A stretch of 64,000 nucleotides of DNA from assembly GCA_973895155.1 (NCBI GenBank), contig OZ316891.1:30449112-30513111 (forward strand), read 5' to 3'. This document shows positions 1 to 13,441 of this stretch, piece by piece. A program made the translations under genes and the position numbers. This DNA is from Marsupella aquatica. Lineage: Eukaryota > Plantae > Marchantiophyta. A model generated the notes under the pieces. That model did not search any database. It was not told the origin of the DNA and was given only the letters and a program-made list of their open reading frames with translations. Every line of letters starts with the position of its first letter. The stretch's first letter is position 1.

Positions 1-3000
1 ATACATGTCATCACATGATTGGTGCCGTACAACTTTCTAGAAAGTGACTTAGGGGGGTCATAAATGACCCAAACCGTCGCACGTGATGTATGACCCTTCA
101 TATAGTGACCCCCCGAGACGGGCACATCTGCAGCTCCACCAGAGAAGAAAAAACCTTTGCAATGTCTTACTCTCTCTGCATCAAGAGCCAATCCCGGACT
201 CAAAATGATTGCCTCACCACGATCTCTCCGTTGAGCCTCAGCACTTCGCATATCTTCCTCCGAGTCAAGCGTCACAACGAGTAATCCGGTTCAGGGAAAA
301 ACAAACATCATAGCTTGTCAAAAAACCAGAGCTCAACTTTCACTCGTCACGACGCACTCGCTCCACAAACGTCAGCAAACCAGGTATCAAAACGACCAGC
401 TCGCTTCAACCTTCAACTTGAGCTATAACATGCGACGCCTCCCGCACCGCACAACTCACACTATAGCATAAATGAACTCTTGTCTCTCCCACAAAAAAAC
501 CATCGAACATGAAAACTCCACAAAAATACAATTTCCGCGTTTACTTCTCACTCAAAAATCCGATTGATGATTTCTAACCGCCGTTAGAAAGCTCTCACAA
601 TGATCTATCCGATTAGTCCCCCTCAAAAAATTTTCATGCGACTAAACCCCCCGGGATCTTCAACCGTCGATTACACAAGAAAACTCTTGTCACCACGATG
701 TCACCTCCCAGGCATGCTCTGATACCACTTGTTGGAGATAATCCCTATCCCGAGATACCATGCACATGAGAACACCATACAAAGTAGTCGACACAGCGAG
801 TACATGATTCACCTCATGACCGAGGCTATGTCCACAGGAAAGCAAGAGACCTTTACTTCTCTCTTGCTCAACTCCAACAATGAACTGAAGATCCACCAAG
901 GACTGGCACCAGCCCTGGCTATATACACAACAACACTACTGCTAACAGCCCTGTATACAGCAGCTCATATACAGATCCAATAACCAAAATACCCAGTTAG
1001 TAAGGTCACAAGGGAATTATAGCATTATATAGTACACTAACCCATTGGGGTTGTCTTTTTTTTGTTTACATAGACCAATTACCCGGTAACCATAAGTAGG
1101 AGATGCTCTAATGCATGGTCCAAATTTGAATCAAGTAATTATGACACTCCTCATCACTTGACTAAAATAGTGACTATAAAATCTCTTTTATTGCTACTAT
1201 TTTGAAGTGTACTAGAACCCTCGTGTACTAGAACCCTCTTAATAGCCCATTATGGATCTTCTGGTGAGATTGAAGATGTGAATGTGAGAAAAAGATGTCA
1301 AGGCAAAGTAAAGATGTTAAGGAGAGATAAAATCATATGAAAAGGAGAAAAAAATATGCCAAGGCTAGAAAAGATGTGTGATCCCAACCACGAGCCCAAC
1401 CATACAGATGTTGTGGTTGTGTTCAATGTTTAATGTTCAATGTTGCAAACAAGATATCTTTGCGTAAGAGATGTCCATGTCAAAAATATGTTGTCGCAAA
1501 AGTGATAAGAGAGAGCGTGAAAGAGGTGCTGGGAACGAGGCGAAAACATTCACACAACGCTGGGTGAAAGGTGACACCCCCCTCCTCACCCCCTTTCTCT
1601 TGGGCTGCCCCCCCCCCGCCCCACCCCTGACTCCTCCTTCCACAACCGAATAAAAGCAAGGGTGTCCCTTTTCTCCTTCTTTTTTGGTCTTAATGCTTAA
1701 TGCTTAATACTTGATTTCTTTGTTTTAATTCATCTCCATTTGCTCCACTTTGTCTCATCGCCTGCACCCACATACTTATGGGAGGGTATGACACTATTCA
1801 GCCCCTCACATACCCATGGGCCTGGTTTGAACTGTCTAACATGTTGTTGTGTTGTCCGACACAACAACTTGTCATTTGTTGGCTCCAAAAGGGCTCAAAT
1901 GTCACATATTTTCCTATATTCCCCAGCCGGTCCTAAACTTTCCTGAACCCCTCTCAGCCCAGTCCTGAACTCTCCCAAACCCCCTCCCGGCCCAGTCCCG
2001 GACTCCCCCAGTTTAGCAAGCCGGCCTCCCAATTGGGGTCGGGGTCGGGTGGGGTCGGGGCTGGGTGTGGGCCGGTCAGGGCCATGCCGGGGAGTGGGGC
2101 CACGCCGGGGAGTCTGGGCCCCAACATCCGCCATGTGTCACACATGGTCAGGGCCACGCCGGGGAGTAGGGGACAACCCGGTGTGACACATGGCGGATGT
2201 TGGGGCCCAGACCCCTCATTTGTCGGTCAAGTCCAAACTGGGCCCATGGGAGCATCATTATATTCCTCTCCTTACTTTGAACTTTAATTATGGCCTCTTG
2301 TCCTGTCCCCTCATACTGGTGTCCCAAGAGTCCCCATCTCAATGGCAACACATGGCACTCACATAGAGGGTATGCCATCATCTCCCTCCTACATAATCTT
2401 TGTGGTATACCCAAATACTTTGTCTTGTCTTTCGCCCTTTGGATTGAGTAGATTGTTTTTTGAATAATAAAAGGCCAGGATGAAAGAAATTATAAATCTA
2501 GTGGTCAGAGAATGTTCCCTCCAAAAGTGAATTTGTAAAATTTGTACAGGAGTAGATAATAATAACCCCTTGAACTTGAGCTAAAGCCCTCTATTTTTGG
2601 GGGTGTGATTGCACGCAACCCCCTCTAACCAAGGGCCTTAATGTACACAAAACACGGACCACTTAGAGCTCATGAATAGGTCTAATGGGTTCTTCCTTAA
2701 ATTTCATTTGAAGTTTAAATATGTTGAACAAGGAATAGATTAAGGAGGCCAATAAGGAACGTTTATCAGGATTCCATCCACCTCCAATAAAAAACATTAT
2801 CAAGATTCCATCCACCAAGTCAATTTCAACATCCCCCCATATGATAACCTCATTATTTTCTTCAAATCAATGATTGCACAGAGTATATCTTACCACAGTT
2901 TGATGTGTGATTACCTCCAGGGAATTGCAACGTTAGACTACTGCAAGTCCGAATGGACTTTGTGGTTTTAGCTCTCTGGCATATTAACACATGCACCTAC

Positions 3001-4271
3001 CTCGTGATCTACAGTAGGTCGTCCTGGATTCTATGCCCCACACGGATGACTATATAGGGGCTTCAAAAGTTCAAATCAATGAACAGTCTCTATGATCCAC
3101 CTTGTGGTTCAGGGCGTCCGGTTAGTGACACTCACGCGCATGCTCAACATGCATCGCCCGATCCAGAAGTCCAGTATGTCAATCCTTCAAGAGTGCACAA
3201 GGAAGTCCAGTAAATAACTACAGTACTACTGTAGTTGTTCACCTTGTGAGCTATGACATGGCCCAGTCTGACATAAATATCCAAGGCAGCGTATCCACAG
3301 AGTCCACGGTCCCAATGATATGTAGTCCCGGAACTGACACTTCAGCACTTCAGCGAATCACTGGATTCCGACGTTTATCGATCGATCTCCTCTTCAATGA
3401 AGATCGATGAACGTACGTGGCACATCGATCTGTGTAGGGACTAGTTCTGAAACAGTGCTGCAGTGTACTAGTGTGCAGTATTTAGCTGTAGGCGACTTTG
3501 TGATTTAAGGAACGAGTCCTGAAACTTTCTAAACATTCTCTCCGTGATTCATACCCTCCTACGTCACTAACGATGTCGACTTACAACACTTCAGACACTG
3601 TCGCTGTTACTGAACCACTTCCAGTTCTCAAGACGTGACTCGTAAATGACCAGTTCTTGTTGATTTCTTGTCGAGTGAAACGTGCAACGATTCCAGTTTT
3701 AAAGATGGGACTATCTTGTGAGTGACCAATTCCTGATGATTTAATTCTTGGATGATTGTTGTGTATTTGCGTTGATTAGCACGACTTGGTCCAACGACTA
3801 TGAGGATCTACTAACTGTACTTCAAACAAAGTCTCTCGAAAACGTCAATATTCTTGTTTTTTCCTCCAGCCTCGCCAAATTTTAGACGTGACTTGGTCGA
3901 ACCGTAGTTCTAAATCTGACAAGATCTTAGATTTTGTCCTTTAATCCAGCCCAAAACGTACACACGGCGAGTTCGACGAATAAGAAGCCCCACGGACAGG
4001 GTCCGTGAACCATAGGACCTGGCTGGACAGTGTGTAAAGTGTCTATTATTAAATCCAATTGAGCCGGGACTCGGGAGGCTGGACAGCACCCTGTGGATGT
4101 GACAGCAGGCCACTGCGAGCATGCCAAATTAAGTCCTATCAACGGGCCTATCAACAGACCACAAAGTCAATGTATCAATGAGAGAATTAACAGGAGTCTT
4201 GAAAGGAAATGAAGTTAATCACACACAGTCAACAGGCAGTCACCTGAGTAAGAAGGTTCATGGATCGTGAT

Positions 4272-4660
4272 CGATGTTGAAGGACTGAAACACAAAGGCG
4301 TATGAAATATCAAACTGGACAAACCGGTGTACCTTTTCTGCTGGCTTTTCCCGGATTAATATGTAGGCCATCGACCATAGAATTCATTTTGGGAAAAGTA
4401 ATGTTGAAGGCCTGAATACAAAAGGTCGATAAAATATCAAAATGAACAAACCGGTGTTCGTTTTCTGCTGGCTTTTTCCCGGACTAATATCTACAGTAGG
4501 CCATCGACAATAGATTTCATTTGGGGAAAACTAATGTTGAAGGCCTCAAATACAAAAGGCCTATATAATATCAAAATGAACAAACCGGTGTTCGTTTTCT
4601 GCTGGCTATTCCCGGACTAATATCTAGGCCATCGACCCGGGAATTACTGTAGGGAAAAGT
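4272..4660. repeat. Tandem repeat, ~3 copies of a ~125-bp unit
   Basis: AATATCAAAATGAACAAACCGGTGTTCGTTTTCTGCTGGC...TAGGCCATCGAC recurs at ~4306, ~4433 and ~4568. Confidence 0.85.
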
Positions 4661-5512
4661 GCGTAGCTTTGAGTTTTTAAATCTCATCCTTCTTGTTACG
4701 TTACGGGGTCAAGCGTTTCATAGACCCGAGTCAATTCTCCATTAGGATTGAAAGGCGCTAGCTAGCTAGACCACACAATTTGGGGTTGCGCCCACCAGAC
4801 AGTCGTCTACACTCTCAACCATTCAACGGTAGATTCTTGAAATTCTGAAACGTAGAATACGAGTGCCTCTCTCTACGTTGACAAAATTATCGAATCCACT
4901 GAACAAGTGATTAACGCGCCTCGCCGACAAATCTCTCTCAGCTCTTGAAAAACCATGGTAATCTAGACTTCGAGACCCCGCGCGAGTAGTCAGGTGATTT
5001 GATAGGCTTGGGCTGGCCCCGAATCTTGCCCAACATCTTTCGCTGTTTACGAAGTCCCGTCACTAGCAATGTTCCAACTTACTATATACTCGAATGACCG
5101 AGTGCATCGAATTACGACAAGTGCATGGCGAACTGATCTTCACAGCCCGCTTCACAGCTCCTAGCGGCTTGAGGCCGTATTGAGCTCGGTCGTGCACGTA
5201 CTATTCCCAAAGCATAAAGCGGATTGACGATTGATCAGGGTCGAACACGGACAGCACCGTCCCTAGCATTGCTTGCATTGAGAAAGTCCACCCAACACAT
5301 GCACGGTTAGACCCACAGCAATTTTCACTTTTTCAGCTATGCCATGGAGTGGACTTCGTGGGGAGGAAGGAGAACGGAAGAAGCGAGACTCGAGGGAAGA
5401 TCATGTTTATGTCCGTTGGACTTGGCAAGCTTGTGGCTAATAATCGCCACAGAAAGACAAGAAGCTCGCTGCGGGATGTTTCTCCGTTCCACACCAGTGT
5501 TGCAGCACCTTA

Positions 5513-5918
5513 GGGGGGGCTTTACAAGAACTTGGGGGCAGCCATTCCATTTTTTCTAAGTGAAAGATGCAATCCTAGCCATTCATATGTGGGAACTGGC
5601 CACATTTCACTTTACATGAACTTGGGGGCACAATGAACAAAAAGCATTACCGAACCTAGTCATCTGTCAGTGGGCCCCTTGTGGGTCCCATTTTTTGGTG
5701 AGGTGTGCAAGCTTTTTTGTCAAAAACTTAGACCTCCTCTTGAGGTGGTCTAAAAACTTGGAGCAAACGGCCGCTTGTTTTAAGGGAATTGCATTGATTA
5801 CTTCCAAACCTGACACATTTTGGCTCAGGCATTTTAACTTTTGTGGAATGAAATGGCCATCAGCTTTGCTCTGGATGAAGAGAGAGTGAACGGCCCCCAC
5901 CGTCTTGTAAAGCCCCCC
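5513..5918. mobile_element. PIF/Harbinger (Tourist-like) MITE
   Basis: TIRs GGGGGGCTTTACAAGA (from ~5513) and TCTTGTAAAGCCCCCC (to 5918), flanked by TTA on both sides (5510-5512, 5919-5921); no convincing coding sequence. Confidence 0.85.
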
Positions 5919-6344
5919 TTAGGCTTACTTACGGCACTCGCTTCGTGTTCACCATTTTAATATTGTTCTGTAGCTCTTTTGTATTTTAGTGATTATTGGC
6001 CGTAAAGTGCTACAGCGAATTGCTATAGATGCCCCTGCTGGAATCAGAAAACGTTTGCTGGAATCAAAAAAAGTTGTCACTAGAGACGGCTGAACCCCAC
6101 TTTTGGGGGGATTATGTGTAAACCGTGCTGGAATCAAATTAAAGAAGTTATGATTGTAAGTAGAGGCGGAAGTTCTGAGTGTAAGTAGAGACGTGTCTGA
6201 ACCCCACTTTTGCGGGGATGTGTGTTGAAAAGCTCTCGGAGACCTTCAAACCCGAACCTGAATCGCACCACTCCTGAATTCTACCAGTAGCCCATAGATT
6301 GCAGGATGTCCATCAATGGTTCTTTTAGGTATTTGGTTTCTTTT

Positions 6345-6410
6345 TGTGGGCATCGAACCTGCAATTACCGGCTACAGGCAGCCACACTCTACTGGAGCAG
6401 GCGCAACACA
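6345..6410 (-). pseudogene. Degenerate tRNA-like sequence (tRNA pseudogene or SINE head)
   Basis: Minus strand reads GCTC-CAGTA-GAGT (D-arm-like), TGGCT-GCCTGT-AGCCG (stem-loop) and GGTTCGATGCCC (B-box); acceptor and T stems pair poorly. Confidence 0.4.
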
Positions 6411-6426
6411 ACTTGATAACATTTAA

Positions 6427-6921
6427 CAGCTTTTTACTAACCTATCCCCCTAACTAGACGAAATTCCTATCTTGTCCCCCAAACAGTTTTATTTGTCAGC
6501 TTGCCCCCCTTTCCGTATATGCGGGTTACTTTTAACTCATCATCGGGTTCCCGCTGCCACATGTCAAGTCACGATTCCACGTCGCTAACCAGCCCGGATC
6601 TCCCTTTCCCCCCTCCCCTGCCCCATCGCGGGCTATCGCTTTGGTCCCGGGAGCTTTGTTTTTGGGCAGGACCCCTCTCAGGTGCAGCCCTGCAAAGGGG
6701 AAACTGCGACCCGGGAGCAGGAGCCCCGATGGCCCGATCGCTTCCCTCTCAAACCCCCACCTGTTTTGCCTGGCCCTCCACACCTCTCGAAAGGAGCTCA
6801 CATTTTTCACCAGGGCAATCGTTTTTGTTCACGACAAAGGCTCGCGAATGTTTACACATGTGCCCCGGCCCTGCATTGCACTCTCGAAGTTGAGGCTGCA
6901 CACAAAGAATCAGTGTTTTGC
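6427..6921 (+). repeat. Left terminal inverted repeat of the giant transposon
   Basis: Reverse complement of 28860-29342 with scattered substitutions and small indels; the match ends at CAAAGAATCAGTGTTTTGC. Confidence 0.95.
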
Positions 6922-7207
6922 ACAGGAAAGACCGTGGTGAACCTGGCGCGCATGATTGATTGCTGACTGATGGCATCAAAGTCTGTTTTGTGCTGCATGT
7001 TCTGCCCACGTTTCTAAGCAGCGTTTTTTGCCCTCGTCTTTTGCCCCAATCTTTTTTGCCTCATTCTACGCAGCATTTTGGAGCTAGCCGGCCTTGCAGC
7101 ACACATAGGTGGAGCACGGTGAGCTTCACTTTCGATCAAGAGTCTAGTTTCTAAGCTCATTCCTGAGCACCTGTCACAGTCTGCGACCAAGGAGGGTAAG
7201 ACCGGCC

Positions 7208-7789
7208 ATGGCAATGTGGACCATTGTTGTTAAGGCAATTGTAGTATGCATTTGGATGGCATTTGCACTACTTACCTCAATCTTCGGGTTCATTGCGAAG
7301 GTACTGGACACTGCTACAGAGTATCTAAACGGTTGTGTGAAGAGTTTTGATTACATAGCTGTAGCAATCCACGACACTGCACCTTCTGCACCTGAACTCC
7401 CTCAAGAAATTATGAGTCACCTCGAGAAGGGAGAAGTGGAAAGAGAAGTGGAGAGCTTTGACAGGATGAAATTAGAGGTTCAAGAAGCATTACCAGTGCC
7501 TTCCACAACAATAGCAGCAGCTTGCTTTGGAGATATTCCAGAGCTTAGGACAATTTCAGCACCGATGGGCCCTGTGATCCCGGTTGAGTATGTGAATGGC
7601 CCAACAACAACATGGAAATTCGGGCAAAAGCGGAAATTCTATGCTGTTGTTCGTGGATTTCAGCCTAGGAATTATGAGACATGGGATGAATGTAATTAGC
7701 AAGTGTGGGGATTTAGTGATTGCAAGTTCAAATCTTTTAAGACTAGGGCGGAGGCAGTAGAGTACATGCACAATGGTTTACGTACATGA
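7208..7789 (+). pseudogene. Cargo gene: N-terminal hydrophobic helix plus C-terminal RNase H1 N-terminal / caulimovirus viroplasmin (Cauli_VI) domain, one in-frame TAG
   Basis: KFYAVVRGFQPRNYETWDECN*QVWGFSDCKFKSFKTRAEAVEYM matches the YAVxxGxxxGxYxxWxECxxQVxGxxxxxxKxFxTxxEA consensus; stop at 7697-7699. Confidence 0.8.
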
Positions 7790-8350
7790 GGTACTCGGGG
7801 AATGCCCCATAAGTAGGATGTACAATCTTCTCAATTCCCAGGCAACTGTAAGCTTTGGTGCAGATTGAAGTTACATAAAGAGATTTTCTACTCAAATGTC
7901 TTTTGTGTCACTCTATATTACACTCAAATTCAGCAATGCAATATAATCCCAGTCTGTTTCATTTCAAATGAAGTGTCCAAATATATTGCAAGGACTCCAT
8001 TACAAAAATGCTGTTACAAAAAAGCCTTTCCCCAAAGAAATTGGATTGCTACCACAGGCAAATGTTGAATTCAATAAATGTTCTTGAAGAAATACTGCTC
8101 CAGTGGTCAGCATTGCCGTTGCATCGCCTCTAAAACCCCAATTTAAGGAATACTGAAGTATTAGATTAATTCCAATTTTATCTAAATATTATTAGTTAAT
8201 GAATGATCAACCTCTTTAACATTTGGTGGGATAGTCAAAAACTTCAAATGTTTTGTTGCAAGATCTTTATAACAATGCATCACTAAATGACATGAAGTAC
8301 CTCTTGATCCATGCACAAATCCTTAATTAAACTATCATTCATTGTTTCAA

Positions 8351-8928
8351 TTGTCTATTTAATTATTATAGGGTTGAATACAAAAAAGATTAACATGCAC
8401 CAGGGTGCGTGACCTACAATCATAGTAAGTACCACCCTTTAATTAATTAGTTTCTTTACAACAATTAATAGGATTGTTGTATATTACAATGTCTACTGGA
8501 CATTCATTTGAATGTCAATAATATCATGCCTTAATATCACCAAACTAAGGGCCCACTAACTAATATTATATCTTAAATAAACTAACCAACTAACTAACTT
8601 GTCTATTTAATTACTATAGGGTTGAATACAAAAAAGATTGACATGCACCAGGGTGCGTGACCTACAATTATAGTATCACCCTTTAATTAGTTAGTTTCTA
8701 TTGCTTTGACTCAATCAGGCATGGAACCATATAAAATCAGAAATCATTGAAAGTTGAGTTCACTTGAGGGTGTAACTATAATTATTATTTATTAATAGGA
8801 TTGTTGTATATTACAATGTCTACTGGACATTCATTTGAATGTCAATAATATCATGCCTTAATATCACCAAACTAAGGCCCCACTAACTAATATTATATCT
8901 TAAATAAACTAACCAACTAACTAACTTA
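8351..8928. repeat. Imperfect AT-rich tandem duplication downstream of the transposase
   Basis: TTGTCTATTTAATT...CAGGGTGCGTGACCTACAAT at ~8351 and ~8599; ATTAATAGGATTGTTG...AACTAACTT at ~8464 and ~8791. Confidence 0.8.
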
Positions 8929-9021
8929 GACGATAAGACTTGTCTAAACTTGAGTTCTCTGGCTACTACTATTCTGAGTTGCCTTTTAAACTGTATGCTA
9001 AACTACATGCTTCATTACTGT

Positions 9022-12000
9022 CTAGGATTTGTCACTTGCTATGCATGTCAAGAGATAGTCTCTTGCCTTGACAGCGACATTCTTTGGAATTCCTACCAGC
9101 CCTGTCATTGGTCCTTTGCATGCTTTGAAACACCACAAGGCAGAGGAAACATCTATTGTCTCAGCTTCCTTGTATATTGGAGATGGATCACGTTCCCATT
9201 TCTTATCCCAAGAATCTGCCCACCGCTCTCTTGGCTGCCAGTCTGATTGACCACGTTGCTTCTTTGCCATAAATGGTCTAAACCACTCAACGCCACATAC
9301 ATGAGTAAGAAGGTTTTGTTCATTCACTGGTCCTTCTACCACATCTGTAACAACTAACCCCATATGGACGGGATAAACATCCAGGTCTGAGTCGTCCGGC
9401 CGTACCAACACATAACAGCCCTTCACAACATCAACCCTAGGGTTAAAACTCTCAGGAGGTTTATCTTTTGCTGGTCCCACATAATCCACTGTTGCCTCCA
9501 ACTCACATGCCACATTTCGATATTCTGGTGGAACGTGCTCTCTCCATACTGATAAAGGCCAAAACCCGTATTCCAAGTTGTGTGCACCTTCAGGTTCATA
9601 TTGCACCTGCTCACCCTGTAGAGTATCTACAATGTCATTCCAATAATTGATGAGAGTTGTCCAACGTCGCTTTGGTTCTTCCTCTTTTGTTCGCTTTAGA
9701 ATAAACTCAAAGAATGACACATGCTTCTTCAATCCTGTCAGCACTTCAGGAAGCATTTTCAACTCCATCATTGGTAGCCGTTTGGGCACCCCAATTGGGA
9801 TGTGAGGACTTTTGTCATCTTTCCATGACCACATTTCAATACCTTCCTTGGGTAACCATCCCTGATCAGTTGACTTCATTTTGTATTGGAAGCATGGCAT
9901 ACTATCATGACGAACATAGAACCTAAACAACCTGGGTTTTAAATGCCCCACCAATGCCTCAGGGCCCTTCAACATGAATGGAGCTAAGTAGTTTTTGAAA
10001 TCTGGGACCTCCTGTAGAAAATGTGGGACTGCATTGGGTGTCCTTGCTCTCATGAACAAGGACATTAATTCAGGCAATGAGTATGTGGGGTTATGCATCA
10101 TAGACTCTGAAAAATGCCCAAACATACCGTCAACGTCCTCATGAGTATGCCCAACCACCATAAAACCAAGATGAACCTCTTCAAACACCTCCCTTGCCGT
10201 CAACAATGACAAATAAGCCATCATATATCTGTTCTTGTTGTCTGAGGCACAATTATCTAGTTGTAGCTTCAATACTCGTGGAAGGGGCCTGAACTTTGGT
10301 GCCTCAGGTGCTGCATCACAATGTAACAATCTCAGAATGCTTTTAAACAAAACCCTAGTCAGACCCTAAACCCCAATTTAGGGTTTAGGGTTTAAACCCT
10401 ATTAATGAAACCTTGGCTAGGAGGAGCAACAACTACACAAAGTAGAGTGTCAGTGTGTGTGAGCTTATATTATTAAATATTAATAAATTTAAGGATTGTG
10501 AGTAAAGTACCTAGGCTTGAGATGTAGGCAATGTCATCCTCAAATGCTCTAAGGACACTTGCCTCCAAGATATCTGCTCTCCCAAAAAGGAGGTCTTTAA
10601 AAAGACTTGTCGAGTCTGGCCCCTCCACAAGTGATTTGATCATTGGATTTGGGTTTTCCAACATCCTTAGTATTGAATCAATTGACCCAATAGTGATGTT
10701 GACATCACCTGGCCACACTCCAACATGATATTGGGCTATGGCCTTGGGACCATGACCATGAGTAAGGATACCAGTGACAGTAATTGGGAACTTTTGGGCA
10801 CCATCCACATGCTTAGGATTGAAGGGCATTCTTGGGAGAGCTGTCTTTGAATGATCCATCTTATCATGAATAAGGCATAACACTTCCTTTGGACGATGGA
10901 TGGACTCATATCTCCAGGTATGATAGCACATTCTTTGTTGTGTGTGGTCTTGGTGATGTTCCTCCTCGTCACGCCTTAGGCCCTCTAACTCTTCCTTAGC
11001 TCCTGTAAGGTTTGCTTTCCGTTGAAGCAACTCACTACAAGTTGTACACTTTGAAAAGTTGTTGCCCTTTTTGTGACGTGAGAACTCCCTGAAATACATC
11101 TGATGTAGATGACTCAAGGTGGGTTGGGAAATTGGAGGAAGACCAGCCTCCTGGTTGACAACATTAACCCTGTTTCTAATATTCTCCCAAGTAAGATTTG
11201 TTGGCAATTCCCTCAAAACCATCCTTGTATTATCTGCCATGGTTCTCAACTTGGCTGGATGATGATCAGCTGCCTCCTCAATAATCTCTTTCATTGACAT
11301 GAACGCTTGAGATACTTTCTCGGACATACGCCTTTTTCCAGCATTACCATGGGTACCTATGTTCATTCCAGCCATCACAGTCTTCTTCAAGGCATAAAAT
11401 TGAGTCTTTCCTCTTGAATGAATGATTCTCCATGCCTCCAAGCACAATACTTTGCCCTCCACTGCTAGAATCCTTTCTCCAGTACCCAAGTGTATTGTAT
11501 TTTTAATAGCCTTGATTTCCTCCTCCTTGCGCTCCGCAAAAGATTTTGACCACCACTTTTGCCTAATTGCCATAGCCAAGTTGCGGTCCAAATATTGGCA
11601 ACAATGTTCACTACAACAGTCCTTAGTGCTTATCAACAACACATCTTGACGTGCCAAAGATGTGTCTCTTCTAGATGTCTGGGAAGATGGACGTAGGACC
11701 GCTTGCCACTTGTTGGAGATGTGTTCCCTCCCACAGCTTGCCTGATGTTGTGGAAAGACAACAAGTTGCCATCCTTGGCAATGAGTTGGTCCATCGACCA
11801 AGCTTTTAAGCAATCTCTATGCTTCAGATGATCTATGGTAGCTCCCTCGACAAAATCTTTGATCAGAATTCCCACATGTGTATTCCCAAGGGTGACATCC
11901 CCAAGCTTGACTATAGGATCTAGAACATGTATAGTTGCCACTGCAAATATCAACTTGTTCTCATCCACCACCTTTACAGGCATGCCCATCCACAAGGCCT

Positions 12001-12372
12001 TTGGTAAAACTACTTCCACACCAGACCGACTCTCATTATGGTTGTTCCCATCAGAATTTTGATTGACTGGATCTTGATCATCACCAACAGTGCCAAACAC
12101 CTCCTCCGATTCCATGGGAGCTCGAAAAAGCTGATTCCTTTCCCATACAAGGTAACCCCCAATCATGTCCTTCAAAAGTTCGCCATCTTCGCATAGAATG
12201 GTCTCGTCAAAAATTCCTCCAATAGAAGAAGAACTCTGTCCGCCCCAAGAGGAACATTGTGACAAACCTTGGAAGGATCAAGACTTATCACGCGACCTTT
12301 TCCAACCTGTTTCTCACGTATGCCTATAATTACTTGTCCGCCTTCCCTGATCCAGACTGTCGATGTCACCAT
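9022..12372 (-). pseudogene. Transposase, DUF7869/Sola1-like DDD type, with two N-terminal Tnp1/En-Spm-like domains; two frameshifts and one intron
   Basis: Motifs FSKCTTC, LIHDKMD, LQLDNCASDNKN and FMVVGHTHEDVDGMFG; N-terminal repeats GRVISLDPSKVCHNVPLG and ATIHVLDPIVKLGDVTLG; GT-AG intron 10510-10311 joins the ORFs in frame; frameshifts near 12240 and 11690. Confidence 0.82.
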
Positions 12373-12439
12373 AATAATTATGATCCTGCACATCAGAGAA
12401 TATCACTGTAAGCGTATAGTCCTGTCATGTCCGTCAATT

Positions 12440-13200
12440 TCACTGCACTGTCCTGTCCCGTCGGTCAATAAGCAGAATGTAGTCAATGCACTGCGCTGCA
12501 CGCGACTGGTCGCGTGACCCTAGAGGTACCACACATACCGGCAACAGACTATGCATGGTCCGTCAGTCATGTCAAATGAATGAGAATGACCACAATTGAT
12601 TACGATCAATCATTTCACATCCACTCAGAACAAATGAGTGGACAGTCAGTAACTACTGAGGACAGTAGTGCTAATAAGCGCCAGTAAAACGTCCGTGAAC
12701 TGCATTGTCCTGTCACAACCGTCAATAAGTAGGCAGAATGTAGTCAATGCACTGCCCTGCACGCGACTAGTCGCGTGACCTTAGTCAGAGGGTGTAGGGA
12801 TAACAGGGTCTACGACGTAGAAGCTAGAAGGCTAGGCCCAAACTCTAGCTCGTACTTGGTACTTCATAAGTAAGATACGATTGCGCGTGAGACAGGAAGA
12901 TACAATTACGGATCTAAAGGCATGTCGCGTGACCGTAGTCAGAGGGTACAGGGTCTACGACGTAGAAGCTAGAAGGCTAGGCCCAAACTCTAGCTCGTAA
13001 TTGGTACTTCATAAGTAAGATACGATTGCCCGCGAGACAGGAAGATACAATTACGGATCTAAAGGCATCACACATACCGGTAAAGATAATGCATGGTCCG
13101 TCAGTCATTCCAAGTGAATGAGAACGACTACAATCGATTACGAACAATCATTTCAACTCCACTCAGGAAAAATGGGTGGACAGTACCAGTTTACCAATGA
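12440..13200. repeat. Nested direct duplications between the divergent transposase and Zn-ribbon genes
   Basis: GCAGAATGTAGTCAATGCACTG...ACGCGACT(G/A)GTCGCGTG twice (palindromes at 12500 and 12761); ~120-bp block ACAGGGTCTACGACG...TAAAGGCAT at ~12802 and ~12948. Confidence 0.8.
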
Positions 13201-13441
13201 GTGGACACCGGACAACTGAACTTCCCGCCAATTCTAATACGCGCCAGTCAAACGCGCACCCTCTTCTAGAAACCACTATGTACAATGACTAGTGGAGACT
13301 AAACAGTATAAAGCATTGAGATGATCTCTATTGCTCATTCCCCCATGCATTCCACTTTCTGGCTACTGGATAATCTATTCGCACATCAGCTCTCTCATTT
13401 CCAATTCTTAGTCTCGGTCAGCATCTCTTGTTTGAAGGGCG

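Noticed and set aside
6501-7009. Overlapping ORFs in the left TIR and their mirror ORFs at 28701-29280
   Set aside because: They result from GC-rich TIR sequence; frames differ between the two TIRs.
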